DNA from: Psammoneis japonica | Taxonomy: Eukaryota | Direction of reading: 5' to 3' | DNA: 64,000 nucleotides | Assembly: GCA_008632985.1 (NCBI GenBank) | Contig: QPGO01000006.1 | Coordinates: 803,138-867,137, forward strand | Part shown: one piece after another, positions 34,831-46,964 of the stretch | How positions within the stretch are numbered: the first letter of the stretch is position 1 | How the letters are laid out: each line of letters starts with the position of its first letter | Position numbers and translations under genes: made by a program | The notes under the pieces: generated by a model | What the model was told of the DNA's origin: nothing | Databases searched by the model: none | What the model saw: only the letters and a program-made list of their open reading frames with translations

Positions 34831-35754
34831 ATGAAGCTACCTTTTGGAATGACTGCAGCAGCGGCGATTGGAGTACAGGGAAGAAGCAGTGGTAGTTGTG
34901 CAAGCGCTTCCTATGAGGCACGAATCTACACACTCGCATCTAGCATTCAACCCAAAATCTTGCTACCGTTGCGTGGCTCAGGCAACTATGGAGAATCGGG
35001 AACTTCCGCCTTTTATACAATTGATCAATTGCCACCGGCTCTATCAAAAATGGCATCATCATCTATGTCAAAACTGGAACGACACGATATAGATTTAGGA
35101 CCGGATCGTTTGGCCTTTACCATTGACAATGTTCTTTCTCACGACGAAGCCGATGCGTTGGCTGCGTGTGCAGAAGCGGTTTTGAAAGAAAACGGCCACT
35201 CTCGACTTGCTCCAGGCATTCAGACACCACCTGGAATGAGAATCAACGAGGCTGCTCATTGGTATCCCTCTCATCGAATTGCTCCAATGTTTTTAGGACC
35301 ACTTTTAGAACGCTTTCAACACTTGGTCCCACCGACATTGGGAGGTCTGAAATTGTTTCCAAAATTGTCAGAAAAGGTGGCACAATTCAAGTACACAACG
35401 GGAGATCGATTCAATCGTCATGTCGATGGCTTGTTTCCCGGACAGGGAGCCAGTCCGGATGGAAATGGTATCGATGAATGGGAGGGGGTCGTCTCGGGCA
35501 TGTCTGTTTTATTCCATCTCAATGACGAACCAAACGATGGACTGCAAGGCGGTGAAACACGCCTTTGGTCGGCGGATGGCTCTCGTCATGTGGATATCAA
35601 GCCTCAAAAGGGACGAGCTCTCTTTTTTCGACGGGGTAGCCGGGATGCCGTGTTGCATGCCGGTCTACCCGTGACGGGAGAGATTCCAAAGTACATGGCA
35701 CTCATCAATTTGGCGTATGGAGAACAAACAGGTACATCGTCCATGAGGAGATGA
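34831..35754 (+). CDS. 2OG-Fe(II) oxygenase (P4H-like, 2OG-FeII_Oxy_3 type); start codon uncertain
   Basis: Motifs FTIDNVLSHDEA, FKYTTGDRFNRHVDG, SVLFHLND....GGETRL, PQKGRALFF and LHAGLPV..KY. Confidence 0.85.
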   Translation: MKLPFGMTAAAAIGVQGRSSGSCASASYEARIYTLASSIQPKILLPLRGSGNYGESGTSAFYTIDQLPPALSKMASSSMSKLERHDIDLGPDRLAFTIDNVLSHDEADALAACAEAVLKENGHSRLAPGIQTPPGMRINEAAHWYPSHRIAPMFLGPLLERFQHLVPPTLGGLKLFPKLSEKVAQFKYTTGDRFNRHVDGLFPGQGASPDGNGIDEWEGVVSGMSVLFHLNDEPNDGLQGGETRLWSADGSRHVDIKPQKGRALFFRRGSRDAVLHAGLPVTGEIPKYMALINLAYGEQTGTSSMRR

Positions 35755-35905
35755 TGTCTCCGATGCAAAGCATAAAGTCACAACACCCCAGAATGATAAG
35801 GCTTCTAATATTTAAGTGCGGTACCGCGCGGGATTGATTCGGCATTGGACTGAAGCATTAAGGATAGCTTCAGGATAGAGTATCGCAGCAACGCAAACCA
35901 CTGCA

Positions 35906-36381
35906 TTAAGAATAGTAAATTACTTCCCCATTAACTCCTGTCCGAATAATGGGTTCCACTCCGACGAGATCATGAATCTGTCGTACAAGGGCGTTTTTGA
36001 AATCTTCTCTGCCCTCGAGACGCTCCTGCTCACTGCTGTAGTATGGATCTTTTGTGGTGGCGTTAGATGGAATGAGGCGTCCTCGACCCTTTCTAAAAGC
36101 GAATAGGACTGAACGTACAAGGTCAGTGCTGCTAATTGAGACGGATGTCGTGCCATCGGAGTACATGAAGCTAGGGCCCTACCAATGGACGCATTCGCGA
36201 TTGCAAACTCGAGCGCCTGCATCTTCAACTGCCTTTTGGATGCATTGGATAGTTCTTCTTTCAACAGAACAATCTCGTCCTTCATCGCCTGCACACTTTT
36301 TTCAATGTCCGATAAGGAAGCTTGGATCACGGTCGTTGCATCAATGACGATGCATTGCACGCTGTTATTCGGGTCGTCCAT
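35906..36381 (-). CDS. Small hypothetical coiled-coil protein, frameshifted
   Basis: ORFs 35920-36381 and 35906-36166 appear to join by a frameshift into one coding-like sequence. No family was recognised. Confidence 0.35.
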
Positions 36382-37063
36382 GGTGGTAGTGGCAGTGAAA
36401 ATGAAGCAATCTACCCCTGCAATGCCAGCCAGAGAGTAGGCCTCCTAGTAGCTAGAGAAGCTACTTAGCTACTTAGAGTAGCTCTCTACTCTAGAGAGCT
36501 AGCTCTAGTACTCGAGCTATTGGTCAATGAAATTTTTGTGTGCCAATGATTGTGCTCCACGTGTATGATGGAAACGGCTAGGATTTTAGGGGACAGGTTA
36601 CCGGTACGGAACCGATGCCGACAAATTCTCCATCCTTGACAGAAAAACCAAAAAAGAGTGTCAGCATCCTCACCAAATGGGCAGGACGCATCCAGAGTCG
36701 GGTGCACTGACTCAAAAAATAGCTAGGTAGATCGAGATGTACGAGGTACCCTGTCAAAGAGCATCCGTACTGTAGTTTTATCTTCATGTTTTTTCTTTCG
36801 TCGCTTTCGTTCAAACGCACAGTGTCGCACGCAATGTATTGCAGACCCTCTAGAGTCAGATCTTGATATGTGAGTAAGCTTGGGGTGTGCAATTTTGATA
36901 CTCTACTTTCCACTCAAACATACTCTAGTATCTAGAAAAGCCAATGACTTGCTCAAGAGTAGTAAATTACTACTCCACGAGCGTCTGTTATGATAACGAC
37001 TTCCACTCCCGAGGCATTGCACAACATTATTTGCTTTTCTTGAATTCATTAATTTAGTCGAAA

Positions 37064-37164
37064 GTAGCATCCTTGACCTCGCTTAAAACCGAGGACACCG
37101 AGACTCCGAGTAGTACTTGCATTTGGTGTAAGGTAGCATCCTTCACCTCGCTCAAAACCAAGGA
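37064..37164 (+). repeat. Two 32-bp direct repeats, 69 bp apart
   Basis: gtagcatccttgacctcgcttaaaaccgagga (37064-37095) vs gtagcatccttcacctcgctcaaaaccaagga (37133-37164). Confidence 0.8.
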
Positions 37165-38313
37165 GAGGCTCGATGCACACATTCAGTGCTTTCAATCTTG
37201 TCCTCAAAAATCGTATCCTCAAAGTACTAGAATTTTCCTTTTGTGCATTACCGAAAGCAAAGTCGCTACGATACATCTTTGTCTCTTTCAAACGTTTTCT
37301 CAATGGCCTTTGCCGTCTTCACAAGCTCCTCGAGACAGCATCCATGTGGTGAGTTGCGCTTCATCGGTCATGACGCGGTCCATGGCAAAGAACAAAAACG
37401 ATGGACTCCTGGGATGCCAATGAGACAAGATTGTGGGCAAGGAACGAAAGTGGCCCGACAAACACGGAGAGAATCCTTGTCGAGTGGTGTCAACTCACTT
37501 CAACTTTTAGCATGGATAATGAATGGAGAGGATAACAGCTTGACTTGCCAGAACGTTCTTCTGCTCAACCCAATGATGAGCAGCATCGCAAACATGACTC
37601 AACGCGCATCCATCGGCACAGTTCAGATTGAAAGTTTGAGAGTGTCCTGGGCGGTGACTCCGCCCAACGGTTACGTTACAAAGCAAAATCGGTCTATCCG
37701 TGCATTAAAAAAGAATGCACAACCTACAACGTATGGAGTTTCCCTCACACGATACGAGCGAACTGCAAATTTTTAGTCGGACGGAGTTTTTCGTGAGGAC
37801 CGTTGAGTTGCAATTTTCAGAAAATGTGGGCGGAAACCGGAGATGACTGTTGGTTCATTAAAATATATTCAGAGATTAATTTTTATATTTAGCACACAAG
37901 ACTCAAAAGGAGTATATTCAAATTAAATATCTAATACAATTATAAACGGTCACATATCAATTGGAATATTAAATCAACGAATAAAATGAATTAATTCTTT
38001 AACGGATGAGATTTTTCCGCTGTCACGACTCGCGGTACTGGGTACGCGAATCTCTACACGATTCGCGCGTACTAGCCCTACACGACTTGCACACAAAAAA
38101 GACAAAAGACACCATCGCAACACGGCGTGACACCATTCTCCGTTTTGACGTTATTGGTTGCGTTGCACCTCTATTGTTGGAGTAGCATTGCGTGCGTCTC
38201 TCTCCGACGGTCCTATCCTAATTCGAAAAAAGAGAAAGCGGAGCATCAAGGAGTGTCAGTAAAATCAAAAGGAGGAGTCAAAACAAAAAACGAACACAAG
38301 AACAAAGATTTCC

Positions 38314-38670
38314 ATGATGACGGGTGCGGAAGAAGAGGCGCTGATTGCTGGAATCCCCGGCTCTTGGATGGTGGATCGGTTCCTCAAGGTTGCCAACACA
38401 TGCGACAAGGTGTTTAACTGTGCCTACGTCAAAAAGCAGCTGGAAGAAGAAACGAGACAAGAACAACACTGTTCGGACAGTGATGACGACTCGGCCGTGG
38501 AACGCGTCTCGAGACGACTCGAAAAGGGTCCCTTTGTGGAATTGTATAGGAGATTTCTGTTTGAAGACAATTCTGTAGAGCCATCGGAAGAAGGAGAATG
38601 GATACAAGCGCATCAGCAGCAGCAACCGAATCATGAACAAAGAGCAGCGAGACTGCCAGCGGATTGCTGA
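38314..38670 (+). CDS. Hypothetical protein
   Basis: 118-aa ORF with coding-like composition. No recognisable domain. Confidence 0.3.
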   Translation: MMTGAEEEALIAGIPGSWMVDRFLKVANTCDKVFNCAYVKKQLEEETRQEQHCSDSDDDSAVERVSRRLEKGPFVELYRRFLFEDNSVEPSEEGEWIQAHQQQQPNHEQRAARLPADC

Positions 38671-39068
38671 GTGTACGGAGTTCTCGTTTTTCAAATTTTT
38701 AGAATTCGCTTCCGAAAGAGGCAAAACCAGTGGACCGACCTTCTGGTAGATAAACTGATTTATACATAAACCGTTCATACAAACTATCTCATTCTGTTTC
38801 GTTGAAAGCTGTAAGCTATCTCGTAGCTGTTTTTGCCTACAGATAGCCATCGTTTTGTTTCGTGTGGTCAAATGCGTTTCGAATCGAATCAGTCGAATGC
38901 GGAAAAAAGGCGCGATCAACAACGGCGCCATGACCCAGCATCGCGGTTTTTGAAATTGCTACTTCTACCGTCATTGCAAACAGACAAGGCTAATGTACAG
39001 AAACAACTACCAGTTTCATTCCAAGAAAACACAAGTAACACATTTATATACCATGCAAGACACTTCTT

Positions 39069-40806
39069 TTAAAACGGCGCTTCACTCGCTGCCACTCCCA
39101 TTCCAGCCGCCACAAACTCATCTGCACTACTACTCCCACCTGCACCAACATTGCTATTGTCTCCCGCATCCTCTTCATCATCCACAGTCACCCAATCAAT
39201 TTCCATGGCTTCTTCTTCTCTTGCTTCTTCTTCCATGGCAAGTCGATTGTAATCAATAAAGGCAAATCGATCCCAATCGGATTCAAATTCATCCTCTCGT
39301 TTTTGTCGTTCCACAAAGGGATCACGCTGTTCAAACATGAGATACTTGTTGAGATTAAAGAGTGCATCAAATAACGCTCCGCTCACTTGTGCACATTCGG
39401 CTTGTAAAAAATCTTCCGCCACGAGATAATCCGCATGTGCCGGTTTGATCATGTCCATCATTTGACAAAGCATATCTTCAAAGGGAACAATTTCGTGTCC
39501 CATGCATTGCATCCGATGCAACTGAACGGCATAAAAGGAACGCATTTCCATATTTGTTCAATTTACCATCGCCGTCGACATCGACACAAGAAAACCAATA
39601 CCGCACACTCACTTCATTGGATTTGTCTTCTTCGGACAGCATGAAAAAGATAAAATCTTCATAACTCAAATACTCTTTTTGGGAGTGTTCAAACGGCCGC
39701 GGCGCTGCATCAAAGATGCGATCGACAATCATGTGTGAAAGAGAATGATCCCCATATTTGAGTAAATCTTCTCGTGTAATACGATAATCCCGATCATGAT
39801 CCAACTCCCAAAAACGACAATACAGCACATAAAAATGTTCGTATGAAAAATACCGCGTCACCTTGTTAATGTCTTGGGATTCATCCGCTTGATGAAAGGC
39901 ATCCAACAAATCGGAACGACGGACTTGACGACACGTGATGCGACCGGAATGACACCGATTGACCGAATAGAAAATGCGGGTAATGACCGTGACGGCATAC
40001 TTTTCTTGAAATTCCGCGTGATTGACGAGAAATTCAAGGCCCTGAACGAATAATAGTAAGAGTTTGGGTTAGAAGCCTGATTAATGACATAATCAAAAAG
40101 ACTATATATCAAAAACAACACAACATACAGTATCACACTATACTCACAGGATGATCATTCAAGAGTTCCTTGATATAGGGCAAAAAGTCATCACGTCCAA
40201 TATAGTCGAGATGGGGCTGTTTGAGCACCGGAAAAACCGTTCGTATTCATCGTAGGATTCCATTTCCGTCTTCCAAAACCATTCAAACATTTCCAATGTA
40301 ATGACTTCTTTTGGAGAAGTATGCGTGGCATTCCACAGATCCAATATACGCCTGTAAAGGGGTGCATTGAAGAACGACGGAAAATTGCAAACTTGTTTGG
40401 TAATGCGGACAAAATTCTCCACCGTCAAGTATTTTGTGTTTTCATCCAGGTCATGACCCAGTTGATGGAATAGTTGTGTCACGACATCACAAATGGGCAA
40501 TGGTTCCTTTTCATCGTCGGGGACTGCTGCCGTGTCAGTGCTGTTATTGATTGGTTCTATGCGAAGAGTCGAGGACGATTCCCATGCTTGTCGTGGAGTT
40601 CGTTTGCCTAGTGGTGGAATGACGCCACGAGGGGATTCGGTTGATTTGGGCGAACTGGGTTCTTCCAGTAATTGCTTGTTGTTTTCCGGTTGAGGCGGCG
40701 CGTCGGCACTACGAAAGGTCTCCATGAGTTGCATCACATCTTCGTATACCGTATCACTCCCCAACCATGTAACGAGCAACTCATCCATTTTAATAGCAGC
40801 GGCCAT
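39069..40806 (-). CDS. Protein phosphatase 2A regulatory subunit B'' (PR72/PPP2R3 family, EF-hand)
   Basis: HP|GLEFL spans an intron at 40147-40042. Motifs YFSYEHFYVLYCRFWELDHDRD, LSEEDKSNEVSVRYWFSCVDVDGDG, FEDMLCQMMDMIKP, FNLNKYLMFEQRDPF and DWDRFA. Frameshifts near 40225 and 39555. Confidence 0.9.
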
Positions 40807-41265
40807 GATGGAATATACTGTATATGTTGATGTAAGGCTGTCAACAGATTAGCAGCAGCAACAACAACAACAACTCTGTTGCGGCTGTTAGTTGTGGAGG
40901 CGCATGACGGTGTGTGTCGGTTGGTTTTCAGCGGAGTGAACCTCACGTGAAAACAGTATGAGAAGTCACGCGTGCGAAATTGTTCTGTTTTAGGGATACT
41001 AAAAAGAAAGGATTCAAAAAGGGCAGTATGAAATTTATTAATACGCAAATCATGTTATACGTTGGATTTTTATACAAACCTACGTATATAAATGTCAACA
41101 TTGTTGCATAAATCAAATCAGTGCATTCGAAACAGGCGCTCGAGCTTTTTCTGAATTCGAAAACGAATGAAATAGGCGGAGTAGATACAGTAATAAGCAC
41201 AGCCAATGGCGTTTCTGCTTCCGCCTTTACATACACATGCTTTCTAGCTGGTAGAGAGCACAATC

Positions 41266-42266
41266 ATGACTTCCATCTTTTCGTCACACCACATTTGGTT
41301 GTCTCTGACCCAATCCTGTCGTTTTCGTAATCATCAAGACGACAACTTTGCAATTCTGTATGCTCTTGTCGTTTCGCTGTGGTTTGTCCTGTCGCTTCAT
41401 CTTTTGGTGCCGCGACGCATTTTACAATTGCCACGAAATGATGCAATCCAAATTCAATACAAGACGTGGCCATTTTAGTGGCATGTACTAGTATACTATT
41501 GAGCTTTCCAGTGGTATTTTGTAAAATGACGAAAACGACACAATAATTCTTTCTCGGCGTTGCAACTCATGGGATGGAACTTTGATGATTGGAGAGCCAT
41601 TTTGGGTGTCTTGATGCACACGTGGATACTCTATTTGGGTCCAACCGTTGCCTTTTTTGTAAAGCTCTACATCACCAAAAACGACGACGAGACAAGTCCA
41701 CGATTCGACAATTACTCCAAACACAAGTACAATTTCATTTGATTCCAACCAATGATTCGGAACGATGGCAAATGATTCGTAATTTTATAGTGGCACCCTT
41801 TACGGAAGAATTGGTATTTCGTGGTGTCTTGATTCCAACTTTGGTGACACGAAACAACAACAACAATGCTGTCGTCATTTGGACAGTGCCACTCTTTTTT
41901 GGAGCGGCCCATATTCATCATGCCCTGTTGCGATTTAAGCAAAAAGAACCATTGCCCCAAATTGTCATTACGACAATGTTTCAATTTACCTATACCTACT
42001 TGTTTGGCATGTACGCTACATTTGTCGTACTCTCAACGGGCAGTTTGCCAGCCGCCATTATTTCCCATACATTTTGCAATTTCATGGGTGTACCGCAATC
42101 CATCACCATAATGTTCAATACCAAACTCAAGTTGAGATATCGATGCCTTGTGGGAGCAGCCTACTTGATGGGGATTTATGGATTTGTTTGTGGCTTTTAT
42201 ACACCAATGGGATGGTTGGATCTAACGAAACGTCAATCGCCACTAATGACTGTGTTGAAAGAATGA
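41266..42266 (+). CDS. RCE1: CAAX prenyl protease 2 (RCE1-like); 5' part frameshifted
   Basis: RNFIVAPFTEELVFRG, PLFFGAAHIHH, FQFTYTYLFG and HTFCNFMGVP are RCE1 catalytic motifs. Upstream LPRNDAIQIQ matches the RCE1 N-terminal R.D..I motif. Confidence 0.85.
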
Positions 42267-42403
42267 GAGAGTCGTCATACGGTGACACACGTAACTTCCA
42301 GTCTCCGCTGGCGACTGGCGTAAAAAAAGTAAAATCATGACTAACTAGACAACTTGAAATAATAATATAATCCTAAAATATTACCACCACTACCATATCA
42401 TTT

Positions 42404-44440
42404 CTAATCAATCTTGATGGACGCAAAAATCGTCTTGTTGAAGTAGAGCGAACTCACGACACCGACAAATCCCGTCAACAACAAGAGGGCCAAACTCACC
42501 AAGGCCATGTATCCAAAGTACAGCATATACGTCGCAAAGCTATTGGCTTCGAGCTGTTTGAAGTACACAATGGAATACAAGAATACGTACAAGGCTGTCG
42601 ATCCCGCCGTTGCAAAGGAACGCCACCACCAATGGTAATTCTCGCCACAGAGTTGAAAGTACGTGAATAGGACGGTGATTTCCGCACACGTGACAATCAA
42701 AATAATGAAAACCAACAGGAGAAATCCAAAGACATAATAGTATTGGTCCGTCCATACGCTCGCGAGAATAAAGTAGAGCTCGACAAAGCACGCACCAAAG
42801 GGCAAAATGCCTCCAATGGCAAGCGAAAAGGGCAAACCCATAAACCAGGGTTGATCAGGAATTTGGCGGGGAATGCTCGACGTGTTGACGGGAAACTCAA
42901 TCGCGTCTTGCTTGTATCCAAAGTAGGCTCCAAAAAAGACAAGTGGAGTCGAAATTCCAAACCAAAGTACCAACAAGACCAGCATGGTCGTAAAGGGCAC
43001 AGCGTCCGTACTGCCGTGGGCAAAGGCGACAATGTCCATCAAAAAGAAGAACGCGAAAAAGAGTCCGGGAAATCCCAACGCCGTCAAGGTCGTGGCGCGT
43101 TGCCACGACTTGCCCTTGAAGGTCTTGTAGAGCCGCGCCGTGGTGTATCCCGCCACACTGCCCATGAGCACGTACAAGAGCAACTCAGCCATGAGGAGTG
43201 CGCCGCGATTGGCCGGACTCAAAAAGCCCATGGCGGAAAACAAAATGGTCAGCACCGACATGCACAGCAACTGTGCGCCCGTTCCGCAGCAGACCGCCAA
43301 GAGGAGAGGAGACGTGCTCGGAGGACGAAAGACATCGGCGTGGACCAATTTCCATCCAAACTCTTCCATTTCTTCCGCCTTTTCTTCGTCCGTCGCCAAC
43401 TTGTTGTAGCGAGCAAAGTCGCGTCGTAGATTGCGTACCAAAATGGCACAAATCATGGCCGACAAGACAAAGACAATCACGAGGGAATTGGCAATGGACA
43501 ACCAATGCACCTTGGCCGGAATGGCATTGTCCATGGAGAGGTAGATATCCCATCGGGAGGCCCAGTGCAACTCCTTGTTTTCCGTCCACGTGACATCGTA
43601 GGTAAACAAGACACGTCCGGCAGCTTCTTGAGGACCATGATTGCTAATCATGTCATAGGCGGTATGCTCGGTTGCACCCTCCTTGCACGAGTCAATGGGA
43701 TTGACAATGGAGACGGGGTCAAAACTAGTATCGTCCTTGGGATCACTAAAGGCGTGCTTGATGGAAAAGGGCTCGACGGTAAAACGTACAATACGAAACT
43801 TGTCTTGTTCCGTTTCCACCTTGTGATACATAATTTCGATATTCACGTGGTTGTTAATATATGCCTTTTTCGATTCGGGATCAATCCGTCCCACAGGAAA
43901 GCCCTGCCAGTATCGTGTCGTAATGGTCTTGTCATCTTCCACTTCGAGGCCGACGACAGATTATCGACAATCCAATTGTTGTGATAATTCCTTCGAATCG
44001 CCCGTACCACCTTGTTGGGTTGTTGACCCTTTTCTTCCGATTTGCCCAGATTCGAAACGCACACTTGTTCGCAGTACATTTCCGTCTTCATTTTGAGGCG
44101 ATACGGAGAACTCTCGATCCGATCGCCGGCAAGGAATTCACCCAAATTCTCATTGTCCATTTTGGGTCCCTCTGGTGGACGACAAAAGGGGAGGCGGTAA
44201 TAATCCACCGGCAACAACGTTTGCGTCGAAGTCATTTTGTTCACCTTGAGTTTGACACTGTAGAATTCCACGTAAAGTTAGTACTAGAGGCAACACAGCA
44301 ACAGCAGCAACAACAAACTACTATACTTACACGTCACCCTCGGCAAAGGATTGTGGATTCACGCCAGGAAGATAAAAGGCTACAGCATGTTGTGCGTATA
44401 GGACTACCGCTGCAGCGGCAGCGCCAACAAGACGCACCAT
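42404..44440 (-). CDS. Transmembrane 9 superfamily protein (nonaspanin, TM9SF2/4-like)
   Basis: Starts MVRLVG...AFYLPGVNP, with an intron at 44330-44258. Motifs VKLKVNKMTS..DYYRLPFC..ENLGEFLAGDRIESSPY, WASRWDIYL, GWKLVHADVFRPP and ENYHWWWRSF, ending SIKID. One frameshift near 43945. Confidence 0.95.
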
Positions 44441-44608
44441 GGTTTTTTATTGTTGTTGTTGTGTTTTATGTGTCGGTGCCGCGGTTGCAATGATGGGAAA
44501 CACCACGAGCCAATGTTTTCACCAATATTTTTGTGTACAATGTGGTAGTAATTCTACGTACAGGTCGGTTATGCGTTTATGGCTACGGCGGTTTTAGTAC
44601 CGAATGAC

Positions 44609-45886
44609 CCGGCCCAACGGATGGATCGCTGGGGTATTCGAATATATTCAAACATTTTAAAATAATATCCTGATTCAATTCCATAAAACAGTCATTTTCA
44701 AACGACACTATGCGTCATGGATGAATGTGCTTCAAAAATTTGAAAAATCCGCGTCCTTCCCCCTCAACCTGCAAAAAGAAAAATGCAAAAGCAACCACCT
44801 GCCACCACCACATATAAAATGCAAGCAGATGGAAATGAGCAAGATCTCTTGCCAGCGGTGCAGTTTTTGGTTTTCTGGGCCAAAACAGAAAGAGCAACCT
44901 TTCAGAGGGCACATTGTGGTGGAAGAAGCGCAAGCAAAAGCAAGCTGCAAGAACAAAGCCCTGCTCAACAAGTCAAAAGAAAACAATGCAACAATGCTGC
45001 AGTCTGTGCTTTGAAAACTAAAAAAGAAACTTCAGGCACCAATGCTGCCAGAGACCAAAGAGAGCTGCAGTGGTGGAGAAGGCCAGAGCCGAGCAGAGAA
45101 AGAGGAGCAGTGTCACACAACAAGCAAAACAAAACAATGCTGTGGCCGCAAGCAGGAGGAGGTGTTCTTGGCCACCAACATGAAGCCTGGCTGCTGGCAG
45201 CAAGAAATCCAAAAGAACCAGCTTTGTTTCCATGGTCAACAAGTCCAACAACAAAAACAAAACAACAAAGGCGACAAATGTGAAAGCACGCACCATCTGC
45301 TGCTGCCTGCGCCAGCGATGCTGGCGGCAATGCGGCAAAGGAAAGAAGCTTGACAAAGTGAGACAGGGGGGTGCTGGGCACAATGTTGTTGTTGCTGGCA
45401 AGTTGCCCCAATGTTCAGCACAAAACCTGTGCCCTCTGGTGTGAGATGCTGCAAAGCCGGGGGCTCAGCTTGCTTTCTTGCCGAAAAGAAAAGCTCTTGC
45501 CCCTCACCACATGTCACCAAAGAAGGGCAAGAATCCCAAGACCCAAGATGTCCCCAGACAAAGATTCTTTGGAAATGCACTTGACTGCAAGTTTTGTGGC
45601 TTGGTGGGAGAGACAAGCAAATTTTCTGCAGCTGCGTGGGGCGCCAGCACTGAGCCAGATGTCAGGAGGCAACAGAGAGCAGAGACGAGAGACAACACTT
45701 CATGTGCACAGCAAGAGACAAGCTTGAGGTGCACCCCTCAAACCCAAGCTGGGACCACAGAATGCATGATGGGCTGCCTGTGGTTGATGTTGTTGCACAA
45801 TGACCTTGACCCCACCCAGCTGCAGGAGGATAGACAAGCAAGAATTCAGGACCCAAATCGAACTCCGGCCCAACGGATGGATCGCT
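44609..45886 (+). mobile_element. ~1.25-kb insertion-like island (domain D5, CpG/TpA-depleted) bounded by a perfect 22-bp direct repeat
   Basis: CCGGCCCAACGGATGGATCGCT occurs at 44609-44630 and 45865-45886. The interior 44720-45830 is TA/CG-depleted. Confidence 0.6.
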
Positions 45887-46028
45887 ACGAGCATTGAAAT
45901 ATGTACAAAATTGTAGATCCATAATTGTGACGAGTATTTGAAGAATCCGTGTCGTTTCTTGTTTCCCGCGCAAAGAAAAAAATGCAGAATAACAACAACC
46001 ACCATGTGAGCAAATAAGAGGGAACGAA

Positions 46029-46964
46029 ATGAAACAAGAACGTCTCGTCTTGCTAGTGGCACAGTTTGTGGCTCTCTTGACCATTTACACCTTTGCCAAA
46101 AAGCCGCTGCTGTCATTGTCTGTTGCTGGAGACGAAGAATTTGTAGTGGCTGCTCCCCAAACGCGAAACGCTGCCGTAGTGACGAGCCGCCAAGAGGACC
46201 AAACAAACGCGGTAGTATACAACAAGAATGAATCTTCTTGCTTTCATCCCGATCCATACTTTCGTTCTCTATTCAAGAAAAACAAGAATAACATTCAATT
46301 ACCCATTGTCAATGTCGGCTTTCCCAAGGCCGGCACCACGTCGATGGCGGAATTTTTCATGTGTGGCGGGCTGGACGTGAATCATTTGCATTGTCACGAT
46401 GAATTCGAACGAATCCGTCTACATCGTGATCGTTATTCACGAGTCTGCGGAGCATGCATACAAAGTGTTTTAGAAAGGGGTGATACGAATCCACTGCAAA
46501 ATTGTGGCAACCGGGACGCCTATTTGCAACTCGATTCCTCCTTTCCGCCGCACGCGTGCTATTGGCCACAAATACAAGCACTCGACGAAATTCACAAGGA
46601 ATTTCCAAATGCCACGTTTTTACTAAACTTTCGTTCCTCCATTGCCACATGGCATGCCAGTGCCTCCAACTTTCACGCCATTGGCCATCGCATGGGAAGG
46701 TGTATTCGACAAGAAGGGTGGTATAATGACAGTAATCAACAACACTACAAGGTTGGTTCGCGAGAACAACTCGAGAGCTTTTTTTGTAGTCATGTCCAGC
46801 GCATTCGAGAGTTTGTTATGCAGCATCCATCACATAAATTGGTAGAAGTAAACGTGGAGGATATCAAGGCGGGTCCATTCTTGTCGAGCGTGTTTGGAAT
46901 TGACGAATCGTGTTGGGGGCATTCCAATGCCAATGCCAAACGACGACAAGAAGAAGCGGTTTGA
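46029..46964 (+). CDS. Type II membrane sulfotransferase-like P-loop protein
   Basis: N-terminal TM anchor, IVNVGFPKAGTTS (PAPS-binding-like loop), CYWPQIQALDEIH..FPNATFLLNFR and H..RIREFV..HPSHKLVEV. Confidence 0.7.
   Translation: MKQERLVLLVAQFVALLTIYTFAKKPLLSLSVAGDEEFVVAAPQTRNAAVVTSRQEDQTNAVVYNKNESSCFHPDPYFRSLFKKNKNNIQLPIVNVGFPKAGTTSMAEFFMCGGLDVNHLHCHDEFERIRLHRDRYSRVCGACIQSVLERGDTNPLQNCGNRDAYLQLDSSFPPHACYWPQIQALDEIHKEFPNATFLLNFRSSIATWHASASNFHAIGHRMGRCIRQEGWYNDSNQQHYKVGSREQLESFFCSHVQRIREFVMQHPSHKLVEVNVEDIKAGPFLSSVFGIDESCWGHSNANAKRRQEEAV

Noticed and set aside
33245..35754. The two 2OG-Fe(II) oxygenases as TET/JBP/AlkB-type DNA-modifying enzymes causing the hypermutation
   Set aside because: Their motifs are prolyl-hydroxylase-like and one has a plastid-type presequence. 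Proximity to a domain is not evidence.
37064..37164. Repeat-spacer-repeat as a CRISPR array
   Set aside because: Only two imperfect copies, a eukaryotic context and no cas genes.
37800..38005. AT-rich segment with ccgtt...aacgg ends as a MITE
   Set aside because: The inverted match is only about 5-7 bp, with no clear target-site duplication or second copy.
42743..43593. Long plus-strand ORFs overlapping TM9SF (also 10015-10557 and 20271-20852)
   Set aside because: These are antisense shadows of well-supported genes.
39069..44440. Frameshifts in PP2A B'', RCE1 and TM9SF (also SET, catalase-like, LssY) as pseudogenisation or programmed frameshifting
   Set aside because: Isolated single-base shifts in several otherwise well-conserved housekeeping genes are most simply explained by assembly indel errors. 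Read or RNA-seq data would be needed to claim more.
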